A stretch of DNA of 61,566 nucleotides, filler included, from Bipalium vagum (lineage: Eukaryota), in the NCBI GenBank assembly GCA_037834085.1. It is 3 parts of 3 records of this genome, joined end to end, with 100 filler letters (N's around TTAATTAATTAA, not from the genome) between each part and the next. Parts side by side here need not be neighbours in the genome. Positions count along the whole stretch, not along the records: positions 39,113 to 61,566 come from JBBMKC010221239.1; 2 more parts are not named here. The stretch is one strand, 5' to 3'. This document shows, in pieces, positions 51,687 to 61,566 of the stretch. The first letter of the stretch is position 1. Each line of letters opens with the position of its first letter. The notes beneath the pieces are model-generated. The model saw nothing but the letters and a program-made list of their open reading frames with translations, was not told where the DNA came from and made no database searches. The position numbers and the translations under genes were made by a program.

Positions 51687-52599
51687 CCTTATATGTTTCT
51701 TTTTAAAATCTTCGTTAGTCACTTTTAAATACAATTTTTATACAACATTTTCTCTAAACATTAATGTCTAAAATATGTAATCATAAAATCAGTTTTTATT
51801 ATATTAGGTGTGAAAATATTCACACACCTAATATTTTGAAAAGATATCAATTCTTCAAAAATAACACAACAAAATAAATATTTTTTTCCTTATAACTTCA
51901 AAAATCTAATACTTTCAAATTTTTATGAAATTAGTAGTTCAGAATTAATAATCTAAGCTTGATAAAACAATTTTTAAGGTGTAGTAAAAAACTTGGCAGT
52001 CTTAACTTGTATTAATAAGTAACTCAAGTTTAGCGCTGTTCCAAAATCAAAAAATTGAATTTCTTTTCTCATTGATAAAAAGGAGAAAATAAAAATAATT
52101 ACGTTGATTGTTAATCACTTTTATCCATGGGATCACTGTAGGTTAAATTTCACAGTCTCTATCTAACTCCAAGCGGAAAATGGAAATTACAAAACTCTAT
52201 GCTCTATAATTGAAAAATGTGTGGTAATGAGCCTAAATTATACCAGTTCATTTCAACGAAAGATACAATTAATACAAACTATAAATACTTTGCTATGATT
52301 TCCAAAATAGGTAGAAAGCAATTATGCCAGAAACAAATAATAAAACATTGACAATAATATTAAATCTGTGATAGAATCACGCTATTATATCCCTTAGTTA
52401 GGTCTTTGATTATCTTGTGAACTAAATAATTCAATTTCTCCCTTTCTTTTTTGTATTTTAAAGTTATTTCGATGGAACGGCAATTATTTTGGATCACACT
52501 TTATCCCCTGGAACTTTCTGTAGGGATATACTGTGGTATAACTCTCGTCTCCGATGTATTCCGCTGCCTCTTGTTAGCAGCTGAAAATATTGAATATTG

Positions 52600-52900
52600 A
52601 AAAAAGATTTCAAAATCACTCTTCAATATTGAATTTTATGTCAGTAATTAATCTTTGTAAGGAACGAAATAAAAGGTAAAGAAGGAACAATATCAGGGTA
52701 ATAACTACACTAAGGCAGATATTCCCATCCTAACTCGATTTTTGCACAATGCTGCTGTGGTGAAGAATTGCACACTTTCGACTTACCAATATGGATTCCT
52801 TTTTTTAAACTTGATTTAGCCTTTCCAATTGAGCAAAATTTACTTCGCTTATAATTGTTTTGTTAGCTGGCAAAAGTTTAAAATACATAATTTCTTTGAA
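52600..52900 (-). mobile_element. mariner fragment
   Basis: KIELGWEYLP*CSYYPDIVPS, a degenerate LGWEVLPHPPYSPDLAPS. Confidence 0.6.
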
Positions 52901-53149
52901 ATTCCTTCAAAAAACAACATCCTCTCTCTTCTCCTTTGCACTGATTAATTTGAAGAGCGGGAAATTTGAATGAGCTCAGATCGAAGACATACTAATCAAT
53001 TTCTCGTCAACTATCTCATCAAGATTGCATCGTAAAAAGCCCCTAATTCCGGCATAACGAAAATTGAGAAATAAAAAAATGTTTTATTTTACTAAAAATT
53101 TTAATTTTGTATTCGCTAGAAAGCCTTTTTTTTGCTAAATAATTTTTTC

Positions 53150-54775
53150 CAAAAACTTTTCTGCTAAAGAGTATTTTTAAGACTTGATAAGTTGTATATA
53201 AAGTTTGCTCAATATCTTGAAGTTTAGTGTCTTAGCTTCAAGATTTTTCTTCTTCATGAGTTGCTATAAGCAGTTCCCATACAGCCCTAAACTGCCTTTC
53301 GATCAACCCGTTTGTCCGATGGTCATAAGTACCGGAATTAATATTTTCTATGAACATTTTTACTGCCCTTTCCACAATTTATATAAATTTCTCAAGATGC
53401 TTCAACAAAAAAATCCACGCATTCTGAATTGAACTTATTCTTGTTTTCTCGTTTTGTCTTGAAATCGCGATTAACTTAATAAATCTACTGTCGGTCAATG
53501 ATAGCCAAAATGTCTTTTATACTTAATATTTCCTAAAAGGTCTATAAATATTAATCATAATTCGTTCTAACAGTTTTGATTTCAGAAATTTCATCGCCAT
53601 CTCATTGGATCAAGTTATTAATGTCTTTGATCTTTGAGATGAATCATATTTCTTTACAAATTCTCTTGTATATTCCCACAATTTCTTTATATCAAAGTTT
53701 GGTGTTACATATCTGGCCATTTTTTCGCTTCAGCGTGTGAACTTTTTTGTGCACCTGTTCAAGAAAAGTTTTAAATCTCTCTTCTGGTATCCCCATTGTG
53801 TTACAAATTCTTTCGATGTTGTAAACTTTCCTTTTCTATTATTTTTTGTTTTCTTTAATATGTAATATCTCTTGGCTATTATATTGCTAATGATCCAAAT
53901 TATTCTCTCGTTTAAATTCTAACATATTATGCGTACGCATCTTCATGCTGTAATAAACATTTTGAATACTGATTACAAGTTTTTTTTGATAGCATATCCA
54001 CATTTTGATGCTCACTCCCTTTTCTGTATTCTATTTTCACATCTAAATTACCTAGGCAATTGATCCACATTTGAAAATGTGGGGTACTTAGATTTTTCAT
54101 TGTCATGATAATATTGTTTTAAGACCGGGCGGTAAATTGAACTGCTTGCCAAATAGAAAATGTTTGAAATTTTTTGAGAAATAAATATCTATAGAAGCTG
54201 TTTCCTTGTTCTACAATATCCTTTTTCATGATTGGACATTGAATGGAAACCATATGCTGTCACCCGCTCCCTTCCAACTTCATCTTATAGAGATAGCCTT
54301 GTTCCAATTGGATCAGAACCTGTATCTGTGTTCAGAATAAAAGGTTTAGATAAATCTAGCAAACAGACTAATGCAGCATTAGCCAAAACTGTTTAAAGTT
54401 CTGTGAAAACTTTGTCACTTATTATGTCCATATCAACTTTTTCTGAACGACGACAAATTTTTTACAACTTTATTGCTTTCTTAGCGTAATTCTGAATGAA
54501 TCTGCGACAATAATATCAGATACTTAGAAAACAGCGCAGATTCTTCGAACAACTTAGTTTTTGAATGACATAATAGCATCTATCTTCGTAGGATCTGTTG
54601 AAACACCTTCTTTACTGATTATATTCGAAAATTCTCTGATATCTTTTCGAAACAAGTCACATTTCCCGATTGAGTCACAAACTTACTTCTTGAATTTAAA
54701 TCAGCACTCTCTCCAATAATTAATCGTGATTTTCTTTGTCCCGAGTGAAAATCAGAATATCAACCTCCAAATATT
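53150..54775 (-). mobile_element. Ty3/Gypsy pol remnant (RT - RNase H - integrase)
   Basis: YL..DILIFTRDKENH (YxDD region), ISKEGVSTDPTKI, KPFILNTDTGSDPIG (RNase H) and an IVERAVK integrase motif; many stops. Confidence 0.85.
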
Positions 54776-54779
54776 CGTT

Positions 54780-55250
54780 TGTGGAGCATCCCCAAATAAA
54801 CATTGAAACTTTAATGAATGAGCAACCATTTTGAAATTTTTAGTGATTGTTATTTTACTGTTATTTTATTCTTGGTTAATAAACATTATGATTTTATTTC
54901 TATTCTTGTTTCATGTAAAAGATTTACAGCTGAGAATCAGACAATTCCCTTTTAAATAATAATAATAATTATTATTATTTATTAAATATTAATTATAAAT
55001 TATTACCAAAAAACAAAGAATTTATATAAAAAACAAATATGGAAAATATAAATTACTAAGAATAAAAAATAATGGAAATAAAATTATATATGTTACTAAA
55101 AATATATTTTAGACAAATAAAATTATATGAATTTCTAAAAATAGAAATTATATGTTTCTAGAAATAGAAATTATAATAAAATTTTTATATATAAACACAA
55201 GAAAACAGTAACAACAACACAATAAAAATCTTACCAAAGGCTAAGTAAAT
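54780..55250 (+). repeat. TGTGGAGCATCC repeat family copy 2 (probable LTR; 3' limit uncertain)
   Basis: Starts exactly where the Gypsy RT is cut off; shares TTTCTAAAAATAGAAAT with the copy at about 59900-60281. Confidence 0.65.
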
Positions 55251-57783
55251 CTAACAGAATAAAATAGTCGACACAAAACAAATAGTCAGAAAGACATCCA
55301 GCACGGAAAGATAGTCCACGTCGAAAATCCAAATTACGATCATAAAAACAAATACCAGGTCAAATTATATTATCTAATTTGCAAGAACCAGATCATTTTT
55401 CAAACATTACTGAACGAAAATAAGAAATTTGCATAGTCTACGATTAGCATATTCAATTTCAACATTCCTTAGTAGAACGACTATATAAGTGGAAACCATT
55501 TCAGTGAAAGAACACAAAAGAATCAAAAGAACCAACTTGTAGATCAATTCAATTGGGTAATTAGTATAACATTATTATCATTATCATTTTTACTATTTAA
55601 AAGATTCATACTCTGTGAGTACAGCAGTATTGAATCAATTTTTAATATATATCTATTACAACAATTTGCGCAATCTTAACCGATTGACGTAAATTTTTAA
55701 TTAAATATCTCCTTATAAATAAATACTCGGTGCTTCATCGTTGATCAACTAAAAGTTTTCTTGTTTTTCTTCTTCTTCCTTTTTTGTTTAAAGTTTGCAC
55801 AGCCGCTAGCTGGCAAACTTCCTGAGGGCTTTAACACACTAGGCTAAGTCTGTTTTTAAAGATTCTGATTCATTCAGCATAAAATCTTATTGTCAATTTG
55901 TCATTTAAACATTGTTGTAAACCAATTTTTCAATAAAGATATTATTTTAAAAATTTTGTTCCTTTTCGATCAATTTTTACATTGTGTCAGAAAATTATAG
56001 TGCTAGAACCTTTATTTGCAATTTCTTCTGATAGCACATACTTTGTTAAGTGACCTAAAAGCAGAGTTAAGTCTTTTTTACAATCAACCATCTTTTTAGG
56101 AACTTAACACGTTTAACATTTTTTTGAATCCAGAATTCCCGTTTTTCTTTAATCTGGATTAGATTAAAATATTGACTACGGAATTTGATAAGTTTTTCCA
56201 AATCATCTACTCGTCGATAAAGCTCAATAATAAATCGATTCTGGATTTTTCTTTGTTTTGAGGTCACTATGTGAGGTTCAATAGAATTCAACTCTTTAAT
56301 AAAAGTCAAACCCTCTTCTTTTAACATTTATTTAATAAAAAATCTGCCGAAATTCATGAAAATTTAAACAATTTCAAATATGACAATTAAATATTTCATA
56401 ATTGCAAAAAACAAAATTAATAACTTTAATTAACTGAAAAGAATATTCTCTAACTTCGAAGGTAGGTGAGGAGTCTCTCTAATAAGAACTACATTCCTAC
56501 CAACTAGTTATGTAGAACTGCAAACAAAAGACAAGAAGAAAGAAACAAGTAAAAAAAATTAATTACTTTATTAATTAATTAATTAATTACTTGATTCGAT
56601 TAACTCTCATCGATTCATAACTTAATCTTATTCAACTGTCTCAGGAAAACTGACTGTTAGATCACTATGAAATATAGGTACTACTTTATATTAGATTTTA
56701 ACTGATTTCGCATCATTATTTGCACTAATTCTCGGTACATAGGTCTGTAAGTCATGCTGGTACAATAATTTTATTCCTACTATTGTTAATTCATCCAACC
56801 AAAATGACGTATGTTATTATTATTTATTCTTATGACTTCAAACACCACATATGACATTATAATAAAGTTACTGAGCTCATGGCTTCAAGCTTCACTGGGC
56901 TTAAGATGATTTTCTTGAGGTCTAATTTCGTCATAGGTTCACTTAATTAAATGATATATTTTTATTCTGACTCTTAAAACCATTTATTTATATGGAACTT
57001 TTATGGAACTATTATAACATGACTTTTGAACTTTTAAGCTACTTATTATTCGCAAAAATATAATTGTTAATAATTTTTTTTAAATGAATGTTAAACATTC
57101 AAGCTTTCGTTAGGATAAAATTTTGGTCGGCAATATTATTAATAATATTTTTTTAAAAAGTTTTCATTTCAATAGGTTAAATAAATAATATTATAGTTTT
57201 CTTTAAAACTTTTTTTATTAAATTATATATTATATAATTTATATTTATATATTATATGGAAAGTGAAATTATCATATATTAAAAGAAATATAAAAGTTAT
57301 AGTTTAAACCCAAAAAATGTATTATTTTTTGTTTTGTTTGAGTGCAACAAATAAATACGTAAATGTTTTCAATATTAAATAAAAGTTAAAAGACTTCATC
57401 TCTTTAACATAATTTACTTATATAAATCGTATCTTTAACATGTACAAAGTATTTTAAAATTCCCAAATACAAAATAGTTAAGTATAATTATAATTTTAAA
57501 AATTCTAAGTTTATTAAAATTTATTACAATTAATTAAAGAAAAGTTAAACGCGAATTTTTTAAAATTCTACTTAATTTATAATAATTTTTCAAAATGAAT
57601 TTGGAATATAAATATATTTTTAAATTAAAAAAAATAATCAAATGATACCAAAAATATTTATTTATGTGAAGAATTTCATAAAAATAAGACATGAACGAAT
57701 ACAATTTCACTTATCTAAAATTAAGCAACAGTAAATATATGCGAATGATATATTTTAAAATTGTTTTAACGTTATTCAACAGA

Positions 57784-58573
57784 TTATTTCGAATCATAGA
57801 TTGGTCCAGTTTTCTTCTTAACAGATTTCTGGATCGAAGATTGTAGAAATGGGTTAAAAGTCTAAAAATAAATTAAAAATTATCTTCTTTATGTAAGACG
57901 AAAACCTTTTTAGAAGATCTTGATGATTTTCGATGAATCTCATCACAGTTTCTCATATGTTCTCTATCACAAGAACACTCTCCGTTGATCATCTTATTTA
58001 AAATCCATTGTTGATTAAAATCTTTTGTGTCCGGTATATCTTTATCACAAGGTGATGTAGCCTTTTGAGGATCCATTCCAATTGGGCATGGATTTGGAGG
58101 ATCACAATAGGCAGGTAAATTATTAGGTTTCGGTTTTGGTAACTTGTGAACAGGAAATGGACTTGCATCTAGCCATTGATCACCTTCGTCTGCACCACCA
58201 GACACTTTATGTTCTCCCCATAAGTAATTAGTACCTGAATGCTCATCTGCCCTGTGATGCTTGCTGTTTTTAATTTTTTCCAGATCAGCCAAAAGTCCTT
58301 GCCATAAGTCTTCCGATACATCTTGCCGGTCATAATTTGGATCAGAGAATAATGGATGATCATTTTGATAATCTTGTTGAAATTTATTATAATCATCCCC
58401 AAGAATTGGGTCTTGCATTAGAGAATTGTGAAGTTCGACGTTTCTTTTATGTAAACTATGTATATAATTATCATAATTGGAACACAAGTACCCATGAACA
58501 AATAAGAGAATTATCTAATAATGACAATGTTAACTAAGTTATTAAAATAAAATTGGTTTACTTGTCCTATCAT
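57784..58573 (-). CDS. 7B2: neuroendocrine protein 7B2 (secretogranin V, PC2 chaperone), 3 exons, 232 aa
   Basis: Exons 58573-58562 (MIGQ), 58514-57906 and 57861-57784 (stop TAA), with GT-AG introns of 47 and 44 nt. Signal peptide MIGQIILLFVHGYLCS; LWG...VSGGA.EG.Q; LPAYCDPPNPCP; C.CD.EHM..C; C-terminal peptide FNPFLQ.....VKKK. Confidence 0.95.
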
Positions 58574-59099
58574 TTTTGTCAGATAATTTACAATGAATTT
58601 TTCATTGATAAGTTCTTTTAAATGATAAATACGACGTAATCAATAATTGTTCTGCTGTTTCGGAAAGAAAATTAAGAATATTTGTTCTTGACTTCATTTA
58701 TATTCTGCTCAACTTCAACCAATCACATCTCATTTATTCATGCATCCTTTTCAGCGTACTACACTGTTATTTAACATTAGACAGGAAGAGGATGAATATG
58801 TGAGCTATTCTTTGAAACTAGTCTTAAATACTTTATTTTGAGAGTATTTGAAAATAGTTGTGTGTTAAAAACATTTCCATTTCTGGTAGGTTGAGTTTAT
58901 TTATTAATTTTCTATAAAATTTGGTGTTATCCATTGCTATCTATTTGAATTATGCATTGAAAGTGGGCCTCTAAAATTTTTATTTTATTTAATTAGTAGT
59001 ATAAATATTAATTAAACATAAATCAAAAAAGGTAATTTATTCAAAATATTTTTCATCGTTGATAATAACTTTCTCTCATTCTTCAGGGAGCTTTTGAAT

Positions 59100-59254
59100 A
59101 ACTCAATAAATGAAATCGGCATCTGTGGTGTCTTTCTAATCTGTGATCCATTTTTCAGATTCCTCGAAGAATTGAAGTGCTTCTTGAATAGTGAGTGTGC
59201 CATCGACCGAAACATCCAACCTATAGTCCAGAAATCGCACTTTCGGAATATCAA
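59100..59254 (-). mobile_element. mariner C-terminal fragment
   Basis: WMFRSMAHSLFKKHFNS...EKWI. Confidence 0.65.
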
Positions 59255-59899
59255 AAAGTACTAAAAATGACAAAAGAGTGATAAAAAAACCTTAAAAATC
59301 ACTAAAAAGAAAAACCGAAATTTATTAAATCTGACAATCACTGGAGAAAATTTTATTTGATTAAATGATTTCTCTTTAAAGCAATCTAGACATAAATTCA
59401 AATAATAATAAATTCAAACATAAATTCATTTAAGAAATCTTCCCTTTTACCTTCATTTATTCCTTGCCTGTCTTTCATTTTTATTTTATTATTAAAGCTT
59501 CTCACATTTTGTGTATGAAATCGTGTTCCTGGGTTTAAAAAAAGGTACTTATGAAAAAGTAAAAAAGAGTCATGTGCATATTCTAAATCTGTTTTAATTG
59601 TACTACTGTGACAATAATATCGAACAGAGTGGTAAAGTATAATAATAAGTATATAAAAAAAATATTTTTTTCCTGTTAATATAGTTTAATAGTAAGTTGT
59701 TAATCGTTCTGTTCTCTTCTGATCTTGGCTTCTGGTTCTATAGTTTTGCTCTTTTAGATCTCAGCTGTTTAAATTCTGTGCCAGTACTCTTGTACTATTT
59801 TGTTTGATTACAATTCGCACACAAAGGTATTTATATATCTTAAGCGCTAGAAAGATTGGAGAACTACGCGTTTTTCTAAATTCTTTAAGAGTTGGTACT

Positions 59900-60281
59900 G
59901 ATATGCTTTTCTAAATTTTTTACAAGTTTGTACTGACGTTCTGTTTGCTAATTTTTGTTTGTCTTTTTTTGTTCAAAATATTATTAATTTTTTGTTGATT
60001 ATATTGGTATTTTTTCTTATGTATTTTATTATTAGTTACTTTTGTTTTTCTTAAAATAAAATTTCTTTTCCTTCGATTTCTATTTTTAGAAATAACTAAT
60101 ATTATATTTTATAATTTCCTATAAATAGTAAATTAAAATACTTATTTATATATTTTTGATTTTTTATTCTATTAATACTTGACAGTTATAATCTTTACAT
60201 ATCAAAATAGAGAAAGAGAATATAATGAATCACACTGTTTTTCAATCAAGTTAAATGTCTTTTATTGCTGGATGCTCCACA
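59900..60281 (-). repeat. TGTGGAGCATCC repeat family copy 3 (probable LTR; far end uncertain)
   Basis: Reverse complement starts TGTGGAGCATCCAGCAATAAAAGACATTT at 60281. Confidence 0.65.
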
Positions 60282-61566
60282 ATAAGAAAATTAATAGATC
60301 CATTAAAAACCTTTATGTAACCAATTAAATCTGACAATCATAAAGTGATGAAATTATATATCACAATCATGTTATTTAACTATAAAAACTCGTTAAAAAC
60401 ACTAAAAAGTAATAAAATATGATGTAAAATTAGTAATAAATCACTGAAAAAACATGAAAAAATTGTCAAAAAATCTCGAACAAGGTTGAAAAAAGTAATA
60501 ATCATTAATAAAAGTCCTATTAAACACACTAATAAAAGTATGAATAAAAATTATTAAAAAGTACTAAATAGTACTAAGTACTAGAAGTACTAAAAAGTGC
60601 TAGTTTTCTGTAAGGTAAAGTAGTACAATACCATACCTACTTATCCATAGAATATATATCTTACACTTTCCAAAAATTATAAAATATATGCATGAAAGTT
60701 CAAGAGTCAGATACTTGCTTTTAAAATCATATACTTCAGAAACTCAATTAGATAGACAGAAAATCAAAGAAGTCATTAATAAAAATATTATACCAAATTT
60801 TGATTGGAATTTTAATAAAAATTTGAAATAAATAAAATATTTTCTATATTTTTTATCTAATAAAAAGTTTGAACACAATTTTAAAAGAATTAAAATTAAA
60901 ATGTAATGATATTTTTCCAAAACATTGAGAATTTTTGCACGAGAACACTTTAGAGACGAATTTTGTCCGTTGCAGAATCAAAGATTCTATTCAGTCGAAA
61001 TAATAAATAAATGCAAAAAATTATTTTTAAATGAAAAAATATAAACGTGAAAAAAAATTATAAAACAGCCTTTTGAAATAAATTTTGATATTTTAATAAA
61101 ACATATAATCAACTAAGATATTATACACGACATTTAAATAATTAATTACATATTAACATTTTAGAAAAAATTGAAGAAAAACAAAGACCATTAACAAGAT
61201 TAAATTTTACAAAAAATGAAGAATTTCAAATATACATAAAAGATAATTATTTAGAAATTAATCATTTATTTAATAAAATACTTTTATCAAAAATTACAAG
61301 AGATTATCCCAAAGAAGAAAATAAAATTCAAGAAATACGTACCATTAGATAATGTAAGTGTTTGGTTCGACGCTTACTGTGAGATCTAATCTCGAAAATA
61401 TAAAAATGCTAACTCTAATAATATAGGTTAGAACTGGGCTCACCAACTACGTCAAAGGTTGGTGTAACAAATAGGTGTTCTAAGATACGAACTAAGTTTA
61501 ATTAAATTAACTAAAATGACACATTTTTTGTTTACAAAAATATATTTTGTAATACAATTACAAATC

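Noticed and set aside
1-61566. CRISPR arrays, tRNA/rRNA genes, operon-like or prokaryotic defence systems; functional clustering of ERK, PKG and 7B2
   Set aside because: No repeat-spacer array or structural RNA gene was seen, the genes are spliceosomal, and the three signalling genes lie on different contigs, so linkage is unsupported.

Overview
AT-rich animal genomic DNA, not prokaryotic. The 7B2 sequence, the 43-61 nt minimal introns and the heavy mariner load suggest a flatworm such as a planarian, but that is inference. The window is three contigs joined by two artificial 100-nt spacers (N44-TTAATTAATTAA-N44, at 18360-18459 and 39013-39112). I rebuilt four spliced host genes by hand, all on the minus strand: (1) a 2-exon secreted protein with signal peptide + PAN/apple domain + a domain resembling the TCAF/FAM115 N-terminal repeat (1906-2821); (2) the 3' five exons of a divergent ERK MAP kinase with a probable GC-AG intron (6941-8872); (3) 15 exons of a cGMP-dependent protein kinase whose last exon is not visible (20141-35769); (4) a complete 3-exon neuroendocrine 7B2 gene (57784-58573). 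The rest is mostly decayed transposons: many mariners (two with both TIRs), two DD37E Tc1-like elements, pogo/Tigger remnants, Ty3/Gypsy fragments and two Maverick/Polinton (adintovirus-like) gene relics. Best leads: the PAN-TCAF fusion protein, a degenerate type III hammerhead-ribozyme-like fold with no helix II (5601-5682, weaker second case at 39538-39622), a Thr gatekeeper in an animal PKG, AAG acceptors in half of the PKG introns, and the Maverick relics. All homology calls come from motif recall; no database search was run.
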